From positions 293,509 to 357,508 of the forward strand of contig NMRA01000315.1 in NCBI GenBank assembly GCA_002633005.1: a stretch of 64,000 bases of DNA, given 5' to 3'. Position numbers and translations under genes: made by a program. The DNA comes from Phoronis australis (taxonomy: Eukaryota > Animalia > Phoronida). The notes under the pieces were generated by a model. That model saw only the letters and a list, made by a program, of their open reading frames with translations, was not told where the DNA came from and ran no database searches. Shown piece by piece: positions 24,900-38,546 of this stretch (position 1 is the stretch's first letter; each line of letters begins with the position of its first letter).

Positions 24900-27800
24900 A
24901 CATTCTGTCAAAAGCAACTGTTGATTTAGGCCATGTACCATTGTGAAACTATTCTAACTTATTGATATATTTGGAGTGGAACATAGGCTTGAGCAGAACT
25001 AGCAGTCTGTCACGTGATGCTATGCTATAATACCTACAAAAACAGTTAAAGAATAACACACCACACGAACGATTTGGAAATACAGTGGATGGTCAAGTGA
25101 ACACCGATAAATTACGTCAGGATATCACCTCCATTGATTGGGATTCCATATTGGACACTGGCGACATTGATGACACTGTTTTACTCTTCACCAGTACTCT
25201 CTATGAAATTGTAGAAAACAACAACCCATCAAATGAAAAGATAATTAAACACAACAGCCAACCGTGGTTCAACAATAATATTCAACGGGCAATCCGCACA
25301 AGAATCTCAGCTCTTTCAGAAGATCTAACAACACTGTAATCTACAACAGATACAAGGAGCAGTCCCGCCTGGCAGAGACTTCAGTAAATCAAGCCAAAGC
25401 TGATCACTGCCACAAGCTTGTTTCACAAATTAACAATGTAAACAAGAACTCCTACGAATACTGGAACATTATCAATAAAATACGCGGCAGTCAACAACAA
25501 TCCTCTTACCCAGTCATCAACCACAATGGTAACCTAGCCACAAGTAGCAGTGTTAAGTGTGACCTGTTTCTCAAAATTTTCACGAACAATAGCCACATTG
25601 CACCAACTGTAGTAGGTAACTTTCCCTTTCTTCGTGAACGTTGTCTCAATCAACTGTATGATATCCCGGCTAATCAAACTGATGTCCGGATGTATCTCAA
25701 TGAAATTGATCCCAATACGAATGATGGTACAGATTTTACCACCAGCAGGATGATCAAAATGGTTTCCAACGAAATTGCCATGCCCTTAACCAATCTATTG
25801 AACAAACTTCTTCAGCTAGGTATATATCCGTCCTCTTGGAAACATGGAATTATGGTCCCTATACACAAAAAGACTCCAAAACTGAAATTCAAATTATCGC
25901 CCAACAACTTTAGTTAACGCCCTATCCAAAATCTTCGAGAAGATTATTGCTCAAAGTGTTCTTATATTTCTCAAACAAAACAACTTGATCTATCATCGTC
26001 AATTTGTTTTTTTTGCGTGGGAAAAGCACCGTGGCACAACTTGTTGAAATAGTACATGAGATCCATTTATATTTTGAGAAGGGCTAGAGTGTCAGGTATA
26101 TTTTTTTCTACATATAGCCTCTGCTTTCGACTGTGTCCCTCCCGACCTTCTACTCAACTAACTTCCATCCTATGGCATTACTGGAAATCTTTTAAACATG
26201 ATCACCTCATATCTCTCCGATAGTCAATACAGTGTTCGTGTCGACGGCGTACTTTCAAATTTATTCCCTCCTCGATTTGTAAACCTCAGGTGTACCGCAG
26301 GGTAGCGTGTTGGGCCCTCTTCTCTTCTTGGTTTATATTAATGACCTTCCTGATAACCTGTCATGTAGCACATACCTTTATGCAGATGACACGGCGCTTT
26401 TTTACCCCTTCGCAAGGAGAAGCCCTGAAAGTTCTTTGCGGCTTCAACATGACTTGACTCAACTATTGGAGACAAGAATGGAGAATGAATTTTAAACCAA
26501 CGAATAACCTTGACCTCACCTTCTCCAAGTCTATTAATACTCTCTTCCTTGTTTACCCGTCTTATGATCTTAAACTTAATGAAATCATTCCTAGAAAACA
26601 GTCGCACAAACATCTAGGTATACTGTTAGATGAAAAACTCTCAGTCACACCTCACGTTCGGGAGCTCGTACAAAAACCTCAGAAACTAATTAACCCACTT
26701 AAGCTTGTCTCTCGTTGTTATATTATCATTGATATATTTTAGTTTTCGTATTTTTGATTTTATTAGCCAATGACAGTCGCCATTTTGTATTGGCGTCAAT
26801 CCCGCAGCAAATAAATACTGTACTTCCGGTTTCATGTTAAGTACGTGATTTTATCATCATTCATTTGGTAGCCTTAAAACACTCGTCATCTAAATTCTAC
26901 ACATTTACAAGTTCTGTTCAAATCCATTATACTTCCACATGTCAATTATTGTGATATTATATGTCAGTCTGCCAATACTGGTGCACTCTAGCACTTGGAG
27001 AAATTACACTATCAAGCTGCCTTACTCATAAACGGAGCTTACAGGGGATCCAATAGTGTTAAGGTTTTGAATAGTCTCAAGTTGCTCAAACTGTCTACTC
27101 GACACGATCTTCACATGACCACATTTAATATCAAAGTAATCAACAACGCCTCTGTCAAAAATATTATTTGATCTACATGTATACACTAGACAAGGCCATC
27201 GTAGTGGTTTGAGATCCTCCACCCTATATGCAATTCCTCCGTCGTTCAGTCAGACATTCAGAAGGTCTACAGTTATGATGTGCATCGACAATGGGAATTC
27301 TCTTCCAGGAATGCAACACTCTTATGGGCATCAAAATAATCTTAGAACTGTTTTTCATAAGTTTGATAACTCAACAGCCCTGACTCAATTCTCCCTTCCC
27401 TGCGAAAACGAAATAGCATTGTACAGATCAAAAAGCGGTCTTTTCCTCAACTCCAACAAGTTTAGGCACAACTTTAGTAATGTCTCTCCAAACTGTAAAT
27501 GTGGTGACCATCAATCTTATCCTCATGTTTTCTTCAAATGTCCCCTGATCGAATACCTGAGAGAATTACTATTTTGTGCGCTCAATGAAAACCAGTTAAG
27601 TGTAATTGCTCTCAATTCTTGTAATATTATACCTACTAAAGTTACATTGTCATTGAATGATAGTCCTAACTATGACCTTGTTCTCAATGAATTCCTCTTA
27701 AGCAACGTTTGCAAAGTTTAATGTATCGCTTATAATTATTGTTGTTTCTGATTTCCATACATATATCTGTGCATATTTTTGTCGTTATATGTTCGTAATA

Positions 27801-30693
27801 GCAAGGAGTGTAGTAGTATAGGAGAGTTCACTTGTGAGTTCGCTGTTACCGCTACTACTAGCGCCGCCAAGTGGTGAACAAGCAACTGTCAACCAGGAAG
27901 CTCCAAAACAATGGGGAAAGACACATTTTGCAGTGTGATAAATTTCATGAATTCATCCACGAAAAAACCCGATGTGTCATGTTTAGGTTTCCTAAGGATC
28001 CAGAAAGGTAAGGATTATCTGTTATTCAATAAAATGATACATTGGCTTTCATTTTGTGTGCTCTGTTCACGCTTGTTAGACAAGTCGATCGCAGTCCCGT
28101 TGCCACTGTTCTGTTGTCTGCAGTGTAGGCTAGGCCTACTGTACAACCGGGCTGCCGGCGGAAGGACTATGATGAACGTACGATGTGATCGTCAGCTTTT
28201 TGGATACTTGCAGTCCATCAATTCCAAATCAAAATGTCACCCGTACGATCGCAGGGACAATTTTATGAAAACATACCCATGCCCATGATGGCCATGAGTA
28301 ATATGACTGATGACACAGCCATGGCACAATCACAGCCACGGGGCCACTAAGTCTGTCATGAGTCAAGTTAGCGAATCTGTGGGTCTCTGTGAAAAAGTAA
28401 AAATTCCGAACATAATTTTAATGTGCCAGTTGAACCAATTAAGTTAAGCAGTGCGTCATTGAAAACTTGATTCTTAGTGTCAATGATGCGGGGGGCGCGG
28501 CCCTGTTAAAATATCCTTGGATCAACATTTGAGTCTGAGTTTTTTTTCAGTTGACACCAAAACGCTTTTGTCTCTATCACAATCACAGTACAACAGAAAT
28601 TCTGTAGTGTAGTGTACTTTAGTGTAGGCTAACAGTTTTCTGTGAACCTAGTGAGTATGAGGCTTGTTCCTGAGTCTCTAAGTCATTGATTTCTGTTCAG
28701 GTGCAAGCGCTGGGAGCTGACCTTATGAATAGAGATGCAACCTATTTTGTCCAAGAACCGCAAGTTATGCTATCATCACTTCGAGGAGTCCATGGTCTTG
28801 AATGAAGAACAAGCTGGTATTGACTGCAGTGCCCGAACAATGTTTGATGTCCCAAATCCACCAAAAATGAAGATGTCAGGGTCAAAAAGTTCTCCGGAAA
28901 TTATAGTACAGCTCTGGAATAGGCTTTTTTGCATTTCTGATTATCGTCTCACAAAGCAAGTACTGGAAAATCACGTGTAGAAAGGACAATTAGTCCGCAA
29001 AATCTGGTTTTCGTATTTTACTAAGGTTGATCAGATTGAAATATTTTATGAATGGTTAGCCTGTGATTAGGAGAGAGCCAAAGTGAAACTGATGGATCAT
29101 TCAGAGTCTGAGTGGTGGGCTGAAAATTGTTAAACCCAAGCTATCCGTCTCATTTTGCTTCTCGATGACAAACACCTCTGTGAGTAAATTAGTTTTCAGC
29201 TTTATTTATAAGGCATTTCTTTGGCGAAAAGTGCTGTTGTTTGCTAGTGAATTAATAGAGAGTGACAAGGTTGGTCAGATTTTCTTCTTGTATTGGTTGT
29301 GTATGTGTTGCCTGTTTAGTACGTTTTTGAGATTGTGATTAATTTAAGCCCCAGTTGTGGCTAGGTATCAGATATGATCTTGTGGTCTGGCTTTAACTTA
29401 CCTGAAATATTTACTAATAGGAACAGTGGGTATATCAAATAAAATTTTGGTTTTATCATCAAAGTCTTTTTAATTCAATTTTGTATGAAGTTATGTGGGT
29501 AGTGAATATTTTGATTGCTGTTTAGTACCTCTTAATTTTTTGTCACGATATTTTGAACTTTGACTAGTTATGAGTGATGATTTACTCAATGTTACTTCAT
29601 TTTGTAAGTTGTGAGCTATTCTACAGATTAGCAAGTGACTTGTAACTGTTGGTGAGTGGGAGAGTGGGATTGAGCCCTATACTGGCATGTCTAAGAAATA
29701 ATGGATTGTTCTAAAATTGTATTACGATTTTGTGGTAGTGATGAATTGCCTTGCTTTCTTCTTCTCACTTGTGTAACACCCACTGCACAAAACAATTGTC
29801 TGCACTGCCAGTAGCCTCATGCATTGAATAGGGAACACATGCGAACTTGTTGGGTGGAGATGAAACCAGCAGTGAGCTGGGAGCAACAATTGTCGATGAT
29901 CAGGGGAGCAACCAAAATGTGTGACGATGGGAGGGGCTCAACACCCATGTGGCATACATACCCATTGGTTTTTACCTGTTTAGCACTCCTCCCATGTAAC
30001 CCACCTGGGAGGGGGTCAACACCCATTTGGCACCCACCTGCCGGTTTTTGCCTGGTACCCCGGCCTTAGCTGGCACCTGGGGGGAATTCCCCTCTGAACC
30101 CCCAGGAGCAATCATTCAACTTATGTAGTCCATGGAGGTATAAACTGTTATAACGAACGATAATTGCCGTGTTAAGAACTCAAACATGAAACAAAACCAT
30201 GATGAATTTTGAAGGGAGGTTCAAGAGAATACACTTTAATCTTGATTAAAATACACATTTTCTTTCTCATTGTATTGTAAGTGGATGTTAGCTTATTTAT
30301 TCTAACCATTTTCAATCACACAGCACTTTTATTGCACGTTGAATGTCATTAAAGTACTGAATTTATGAGCGTTTACATTGTTCGAACTCAGTGCGCGCCA
30401 AACTAAGTGTTGATTATTCACCCCTTGGAGCGCTAGTGTTTCTACCAGTAACCATTGTGGCGAATGATAAAATGGCAGAGTGAACTCTCCTATACTCGTA
30501 CACTCCTTGGTAATAGCATCTAAATATTGGAATACTTATATTAGATAATACTTACATGTATATACCTCTACGTATATTACTCTCATCTAAGAATTGTCTA
30601 CAACCCAGATATAATGCTTTGCGATTTCTGGGTTTGTCATTACTTCTTTGTATGTTCTGTGTATTCTTCAATAAATATGTCACTTGAAAAAAA
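24900..30693 (+). mobile_element. Degenerate CR1/L2-group LINE (RT, C-terminal CCHC, 3' UTR with A-tail), interrupted by a P-like element
   Basis: [44 protein letters not shown] (~26295-26390), KHLGILLD, CKCGDHQSYPHVFFKCP; multiple frameshifts; AATAAA and A-run at ~30670-30693. Start coordinate approximate. Confidence 0.88.
27802..30509 (+). mobile_element. P-superfamily-like non-autonomous DNA transposon with a spliced THAP remnant
   Basis: 31-bp TIRs CAAGGAGTGTA(GT/CG)AGTATAGGAGAGTTCACT (2 mismatches); 7-bp TSD GTAATAG (27795-27801, 30510-30516). THAP split over 27911-28007 (..FRFPKDPER|gtaagg) and 28701 onward (CKRW..LCYHHFEESM..MFDVPNPP). Confidence 0.85.
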
Positions 30694-31333
30694 TGCCATA
30701 CTCGCCACATATACTGACCCCTTTATCAAGGTAACCCATTGAGTGTGTTCTCGAGCAAGTATTTCTTTCCAAGTCCCAAAACGGTTTCAAAATCAGAGTG
30801 AGGAACCAGTTTAGACCAGTTCTTTGCAATAATAAAGTGATATATATTTATTGAAGAATACACAAGACATACAAAGAAATGATGACAAACCCAGAAATTG
30901 CAGTATTGGTAACTGATTTTATAGAAGGGTGGATTGTAGAAGTTAAACAAATTTTATTCTGGTTGTGATTAAAATCTACATGTATATGACAAAGTTGATT
31001 ATTATTTCCATACCAGTGTTACAATTCTATCCCTCAGTGATAATAAGCCGACAGATTGGTAAAGAAATACTCCTAGTAACCTATGCAATTATCGTGTAAG
31101 TGTAATTTACGTACAGCTTAATGTTTGTCAATACAAAACAAACAGTGTATGAACATATGCATTAGCTCACACTCGATAGTTTTAAGACTCTCTATTGTGT
31201 TTGCCCCAGTTCTGATCGAAACTAACCAGACCCAGTCGGTGTACTTACCTCGCATTTCGCGTCCAGCAACAACATATGAAATGGAGCAATGCACTTGTTT
31301 GCTTTAATTTTGTTGACCTGCAGCCACATAATG

Positions 31334-31622
31334 CACTGACGGATTTGGTGGGGGGAGGCTGCCCCCCCCCCCCCCCNGTGAAGCGTTAGGAAATATTGAG
31401 TTCAGTAACTGGGACCGGTAGCGGACGAGGGAGGGGGGTTCAGACCCCAGATCGCAGCGGAATCGTGTTCCGTTTTCTATTTTTTAGTCCACCGATATAT
31501 TTTCTGAACAGAAGGTCTGCATCCCCGGCCCCTTTCTGGCCGCCTGTGCACATACAATGCTTTGCCCAATTCCCCGAGGCAATATGTTGGTCCCCCCTAA
31601 TGATATCCTAGATCCGCCATTG
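31334..31622. mobile_element. hAT-type MITE with 5-bp TSD TAATG
   Basis: CACTGACGGAT...ATCCGCCATTG termini; TAATG at 31329-31333 and 31623-31627. Confidence 0.7.
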
Positions 31623-32061
31623 TAATGATGAAAATACATGTACATGTAGGATACGTGGAAGGTCTACGGCCGGTTGCATGAAACTAAGTTCCCTAAATCT
31701 ACTGTCCATTTGTGGACTTGTGAAAACACTGATTGTCCTTTCTGATATTATTCGACTCTCATTACTTTAGTCAACTTGATACAAATCAAGAGTTAACTCT
31801 TTTCAATATTATTGAAAGTAAATTGGGATTTTTTCATGCAAAGCCCCCCATTTAGGACCAATTTTCTAATTTTTTGACTGAACTAAGAGCTCAGATTTGT
31901 TTTGTTGTCAAAAACGTCATAAAGAGATCTCATATAATGAGTAAGGAACAAGCTAGCTGCGAGAGGAAAAAGCCAAAGCTTCACTACATATATATTTTGA
32001 GTGAAAGTGTGTTCATAACCGCTCAACAATGTATGAGTTAATGTTACATTGTTTCTTACAG

Positions 32062-32074
32062 ACATCAACCGTTG
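32062..32074 (+). CDS. Lectin gene 1 exon 4 (13-nt microexon, TSTV)
   Basis: gtttcttacag|ACATCAACCGTTG|gtaagt. Phase 0 to 1, exactly what is needed to join exon 3 to exon 5; gene 2 has a microexon in the same position. Confidence 0.75.
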
Positions 32075-33180
32075 GTAAGTAGCTACTTTACTCTTACGAC
32101 TTTTGAGTTATCACTAAACTATTCTACATTTTGTATCTTTTAGCCTTATTTATGCTTGACAATGTCTTATCTTATTCTGAATTTTTATTATTTTTAAAAG
32201 TGGGCAATCGAGGTTTCCGCGGAATCCTCGTTTCATGTGGTGGCAGTTGCACTAGTACCTATTATACACGAGTCAGCTGTCACTCATTACGACGCTCATT
32301 TTAGGAGTGTTAAACGACCGCAATAAAAATTAAACAAAAATCATTTTAAATTCTCTTAGCTTTGAAAGAACTTAGAGTAAAGTAGAATAAGCATTGTTTG
32401 GGCTTGATTGGTTCCAACTGAAGTATACGTAACTTGTGTTTAAAACTTAATTTAAGAGTATCTGTAACATGTGGCTTTTACTTGCATGTGGCATTTTCAT
32501 AGTTCAGTTAATACTTCCATTCCCGCGCATTTCTAGGATTTCTTGACAAATGTGTACTTGGCCTGCGGATGAGCGCAAATGTTTTACCCATAGAATACAT
32601 TGTAGATCTGTCTTTTTTACCTACTATTCTTTTTCGGTGTTTCTTTCATTCAATTATGTAACCTGGCTATGATTTGAAGAGGTTGTCGGAAATACACAGC
32701 CCAAAATAAAGTAGGCACTTATGACTGAAGGATTACAATTGAATATAGTGCGAAATGTTGTTATACCGTTCGTCAGAAAGTAATTGTTTGACAGAGTGAA
32801 GAACGCTGTAGACCTTCATGACAATGTGGGGAAAGTTGATATCGTGCTGGGAAATGTACAAAAAGACTTGTGCCATATCTCTGTCAATCGTTTCCTTTTA
32901 TGAAAGACACGAGCACACTATTTGTTGTTAGGAATTATGGACTATAAATCTGTATGAACTCGCCCTTTAAATGCTAACAACTGTGTTGTTTATTGGCTTA
33001 CGAATAAGATAACTGGTTTGAAATTATAAAGAGGTGATCGGAAAAAGAGTTAAGTCTACAAATCAAAATAAATGCATTGCTTTTCTTGTGAAGAAGACTT
33101 ACGTTTTCTTTCAAGTTTTTTAGTTTCCGGTAGCATAGAAATGTACACAGTCGTTTGTTTGCCATTCCCGTACCTACCAG

Positions 33181-33273
33181 CTATAGTTCACGTGACGGCT
33201 CAGGCACCAATTTCCACAGCAAGGCACCAAACACTACGTCCAAACGCAGAAACACAATTTGGAATCTCCGTGT
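33181..33273 (+). CDS. Lectin gene 1 exon 5 (stalk/linker)
   Basis: cctaccag acceptor, gtgagt donor, 93 nt, phase 1 to 1; AIVHVTAQAPISTARHQTLRPNAETQFGISV. Confidence 0.6.
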
Positions 33274-35154
33274 GTGAGTATATTTTGGGCACCTTGCAAT
33301 ACTCACACATCAGCACAACTCCGGCAGTTCAATATTAGACTATTGTATTGCTGTGAAAATAGGTGCGTGAGCCGCCGTGTGCACGGAAATGACAAGCAAA
33401 TGACTTTATGTTGAAGACGCAAAATTGTCACGCAATGCTACCACTGACGTCACAGATTACGTTCATCCTTGATGTACGGTTATCAATTGGAAAGAGACGT
33501 TTTTTATAGCACTTTTGATAACGAAAATGTTAGTAATTCAATAAACAATGGAATATCAAAAACGTATGAAATAATTGAGAAAAACATTTATCCAGTTATC
33601 AACAAATCCGAAAAAAAGTTACGAAAAAATAAACTCACGCGAAACAAACAAAAAAGAACCAGTCTGGGCAACTCAAATTCAAAAAGGGGGGTCAATTTCA
33701 TTGCTGCTCTGAATTTGTCACTACAATCTTTCGAAAGCTACATGTTTCAATGTGTATTTCACCTCAGTGTCTAAATTCACTACTTTTATGATCAGGGCAG
33801 AAGAAAATGGTTAATCAGATGTCATTGGTTAAGTTGAAGAAGTTGAGGATGTGTCGTTTCTGATGCACATCTTGCAATCAATATATTGTATTCTACAGGT
33901 TATCGAACGTGTCAGTACCTAACTTATTTTCGGCTACATGTAGCTTGTTGCCAGCGGATCCCATTGAATCAAAATAACCGATATGGGCTTATGACTTACG
34001 TGTACGCTGGCTGTTGCGCAAAACAACGCGAGGTTCTGGTAGATTCCTATTCGACAAATAATTTAACGATACTTTTTCAGCTTTATTTTAGTAAAAATAA
34101 AAAAATCAATAAAACAGATTTTACATTCGGCAACTATTACGCACTGTTTACCCCCGAGTATTCAACGAATTCCACGGTACACGGCAAAAGGCTTGATGGT
34201 GTCGACACAGACAGAAGTGGGTTATTCGCTATTCATGGGCTTGGCCGAATGATTATTGGAAGAAAGAATTGCGGTCGTTACCATCGAGCCAGCTTAGCGT
34301 ACCAGTTTTAAAGTAAAAAAAAAACAAATAAACGAATCTTAAGTCAGGCAAGCAACCACCACGTCTTTTTAGAATTGAAAAGTAGATTTTAGTCGTCTTC
34401 GAATTTTAAAGTCGAATTTTAAAATCAATGCATTGTAAGAAAAATCAGCGCATAGGTTTTTTCAGCAGCGCCGCTAAAGCCATGTGCATTAATGTGTTAA
34501 TCGATTAGGACGGGATGGTCACAATCTGGCTTTAAGCTCGATTACACGTTGGAGTAATAAAATCTCAAATACATGTAATAGCGTAGGGGTTTCCTCATTA
34601 ACGCATGTCAGCTCAGTCGAACCTTAAGCTCAATTAATGCTCATTCATCGCTACCACAACTGTTTCCAAAGTTAACCTGAATTTACTCTGATTTTACAGT
34701 TAATTTTACTTTTTGGTAGTGCATCGCCTCAGAAAGTGACTGCCGCAGCGACGGCTGACTCATGCGTAGTAGGCACAGAAGTCACTCAACTGCAGTGAGG
34801 ATACACTGTACCTCGGAAACCCCACCCCTTAAAACTTTTAAAAACTAAGTGAGGTTTCCTCGGAAAGCCCACCTTTAAAAACTTTTAAAAACTAACAGTA
34901 AAATCAGGCAAGCAGAAACAGAGGTGAAAGTTACGAAATGTTTATCTTTTATACAAATATGTACATGTAATGCTTAAAACTGCTACTGTCAAGATGTATA
35001 TCGCAAATCTTGTTAAGTCTGGTCAGCACACCACCTGTGGCCACGGTGAGAAGAAGGTTTGGGTTTCGAATCACGGTTGAGGCAGAAATCTTTCAGACCT
35101 ATATTATCAGGTGACGTGCTGTGGCCACAGGTGGCGTCCTAAGCAGAATCAGAC

Positions 35155-35760
35155 TTTAAAATGTTTGCGATTTATATTTTAGTGATATCGTTTGAGTGAG
35201 GAAACTTATCATTGGTTTTGAATTGGTGAATGCAAAAGAAAGGTCATCTTTGAGGTTATGTAGTATCTTACTGCAAATCTGCACATTTAGCCAAATATCT
35301 ACAAAACTATAGGAAAACACTCTGTAGAAGTATGCATTCTCTGAAAACATGCTATCCTTTAATTCCTACCATCTCTCATGAATTAGGTCACGTGACCATG
35401 CACATTCATTACAGTTTAGCAAAAGAAAAGCATACTCATAACTAAACGACTTAAAAACGTGGCCAAATATCATTCGATATCAATGCATTAGATGAAGTAT
35501 CAAAACGCAGTTTTAGTTTCTAAATTATTCTTTAGTTTTCGTATTGTAACTTTTGGTTTTTCCGGAAATCTATAAAAGTCTTATATTTAATAGCCCCTCA
35601 TGCAAAAGTGAAACATGTTAAAACGACCCATAACTGCGTTTTGGAGAAAATTATGAAAGCATGATATCTAAAAGTTTCATGTGAATCCGATAAGCGATTA
35701 CTGAGTAAGCAAATTTTGGATTTTTTCTGGGATCTTTCATAACCAGACTTTTGTCTCTTC
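35155..35760 (-). repeat. Dispersed repeat also present at ~51750-52250 (+)
   Basis: Reverse complement (gcatggtcacgtgacctaattcatgagagatgg...tagttttgtagatatttggctaa) aligns by eye with 52120-52250. Bounds approximate. Confidence 0.5.
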
Positions 35761-36170
35761 ACCACGTGTGGCCATTGTGTGACCTTAGAAACTTCATTCA
35801 ATGCGTATTGAAGAATTCTCTCATTTTATGTTCTCGTCCAGTTTGTATTAGTGCATTTTTCATGCTGATTTTTTCTGTCCTTTTATTAATTCGTTGAATT
35901 TATTCGTTGTAAATGTATGACGAAACTTTCGCAATTGATTTCCGACTCACGGGAAGTACGTCAAGAAAGATTCCAGAAGGGTTCAAGATGCTAGTGACTA
36001 CTCTAGAAGGAGAGGCTTCGCATTAATTCATTTATATGTAAAAAAACGCTAATTGATGTAATAAGAGAAAGTGTCTTTGCTTCTCAGTCCAAGTGCACAT
36101 ACCGAGATATTTCCAATTTCCGCACCTCTAACACTAGCATGTAAGCCTGTATACGCGGCTTTCAGGAGGA

Positions 36171-36270
36171 GGCAGTGTTGCCTAGTGGGTTGAGTGTCCG
36201 CCTCTTGTTCTCGTGGTCATCGGTTCAGTTCCCACTGGATCGACTACTAGACACTTGAGTCAGGTCTCTA
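36171..36270 (+). mobile_element. tRNA-derived SINE head (degenerate)
   Basis: A-box-like TTGCCTAGTGG and B-box-like GGTTCAGTTCC at tRNA spacing; no intact cloverleaf. Confidence 0.45.
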
Positions 36271-36767
36271 GGTCCTCTGTTTGGTCTTAATTTGTATGTA
36301 TTTGTGTATACCTGTTATTTGTGCAATAATGCTAAAAATAGTTTTAAGTATTTATTGCATTGGACCAAAATGAACGCCCTGCGCACGTCTGATGCAACGT
36401 GTATCAAACCACCTAAAACATTTTTGCCAGTATACTCGGCTCTATTTACGTCGTGAAATGCAGTGAATCACAGAAGCTACCAGTAAAAACTTTGCCACAG
36501 TCGGATTCCTTCAGACATTTGATTGATTCGTTTCAAATGCTATGAATATTGTTTGGAGTTAATACACACCCTTGCCTCAATCCTGTTGTGCATTTAGAAA
36601 AGCTTGTTTTGCGAGTATTATCCACTAGTACTCGCAATTCTAACCTTTCGTACGTTGCTTAGATTACTTTTAATATGTTGCCATGGACACCAGCACTGAT
36701 AAGTTTATGAAATAGGATTCTGAACTGTACACTATCAAAGGCTCTGCAATGTGAATTTTTATTGCAG

Positions 36768-37060
36768 CCGCAACAGTGACGACAGCGATTCCAACATACT
36801 GTGAAGCCACCTACCCAGGATCATCGTTAGACGTCAGTCTGGTTGTGGCAGAAGATTCTAGTTTTTATGGAAACAATGGTAGTGGACATTTCCGCATACT
36901 CGGTGATCTCCCGATTGGTGCCAGTGAAATAGCTTCATTTACGGCGCCTCGGGCAATCAGGTGCCTAGGACAGTGCCTCAGTAATTCCTGCTGCGAATAT
37001 GCACTATATTCTCAGGGAGCAGAAACGTGTCACCTAATTCGAGATACTGGTTCCGGGTAA
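36768..37060 (+). CDS. Lectin gene 1 last exon (Thr-rich linker and PAN/apple-like domain)
   Basis: tttttattgcag acceptor, phase 1; ATVTTAIPTYC...RCLGQCLSNSCCEYALYSQGAETCHL...*, a PAN-type Cx3Cx4C...CxL pattern. Summed exons are 843 nt with no internal stop. Confidence 0.8.
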
Positions 37061-37116
37061 ATGCTCCACTCAGCTTCCAACGTCTAAACGCTTCACATTT
37101 TGATGAAGGGACTTTT

Positions 37117-37122
37117 AATAAA
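37117..37122 (+). terminator. Polyadenylation signal of lectin gene 1
   Basis: AATAAA 57 nt after the stop codon, followed by a T-rich tract. Confidence 0.55.
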
Positions 37123-38546
37123 GCGATCAAATTTACTGGGTTCTTTCATTTTATTAGCATCATGTGCAAATAAGAAATTCTGTTTTACTCAGTTTTATCC
37201 ACGCATGCACATGTATGCCGAGTCGAAGGATATTCGATGCTAAATGATTCGATTGACTCGTGGGTTGCATCGCTCGAAAGATATATGTCGGGTAGCGAAT
37301 GAAAGCCGTTCTCTCATATATGTTACGTATGTTTGACTTTCATACACATCCTTGAGTTACCAGTGATAAAAATAAGAAACAAAATGTTTGTTAAACGTTG
37401 CAAAAACGATTTTCTTTTAATTTCATGGTTTGTTTAGGCGTATACATGTATTCAGCCAGTCGCGAAGTCTACTGCATCCCAATTCCAAAGGAGGCGGCCA
37501 GTACTGATCGGAATGTATTTATCGTGTATAATTACACAATATAATTCAAATAGATATAATATGTCTTATGTTCTTGGAAATTGGGTTGAATTATCGTTTA
37601 CAGTTTTAATACGACATCTTGTTCAGTTGTTACTAACTTCAAGATTTGTTTGAGGTTGATCGACTCTGTTAAATGACGGAGTCACTTCCTGATCATGTTC
37701 CAATACGTTTACCGAGGAATTCTCACGGGATGTCCTCTTCCAGCTTCCTGTTTCGTCTTGAAACAATTGACCATTTTTTTAAAATCCCCAAAAGTTTTTG
37801 AAGTTCCGGAAAAGATTTGATACTCAAATTATATAAAATTGGACTAATTTGGCCAAATTGACTGGTGCTGCGCATCCCAGCCATACATGTAGTACACTTA
37901 TTTGGAGGTCCATCAAAAATCTTCCAAGCCATCTGTACAACCATCAAAATCTGTCTCGAGTTTTTGACAACAATTGACGGATTACCCATATCATGTCGAA
38001 GAATAAAACCACCAAAAAACGGTTCCTCTGTAATCGAATTCGGCCGAAAACATTGGTGCGGTGCATCGCTTCCACAAACCCTTCTCTTAAGTTTCATCAA
38101 CACCTGTCAAGCGTTATAACAATTAACCACGGACAGCCAAAATCTTGGCGAAAATTAAAATTGCCAAAAGACGACCAGACCTGGGATAGTCGACTGCGTC
38201 CAGACTTGACTGGCGCATTCCCACTACACATCACTTCTTTGTCGCTTGCAAATATTTGCACTGAAATGATCGACGGTGTTCAATGACGTTCAATTTTGGG
38301 TAGTGAATTACTTTTATTGCGTAGAATAAGATGAACGGCTAAAGAGGAATATCAACGCAAAAGTTTAATTTTTTGTAAAACTCATACACCTCTTCTTCTT
38401 TTATGTCGACCTATTACGCTCAGACATCACAATGCAATTCACTACTAAACTCGCATGTTTGAGCCTTAGCCGAACTTCAGCTAGGAAATGGCGACTGCCA
38501 GACAATTGACTGTGGGTTTGTTTAAAAGGTAGCTATGCTTTGAGAT

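Noticed and set aside
33886-34311. 141-aa ORF inside gene 1
   Set aside because: No recognisable motif or suitable donor; consistent with a chance intronic ORF.
34700-34795. Extra Thr/Ala-rich stalk exon for gene 1
   Set aside because: The open frame is not in phase 1 at either candidate acceptor, so it does not fit between 33273 and 36768.
36171-36245. Functional tRNA gene
   Set aside because: A and B boxes are degenerate and there is no intact cloverleaf; treated as a SINE head.
37723-38286. Cluster of overlapping ORFs downstream of gene 1
   Set aside because: No recognisable domain; at most a decayed transposon fragment.
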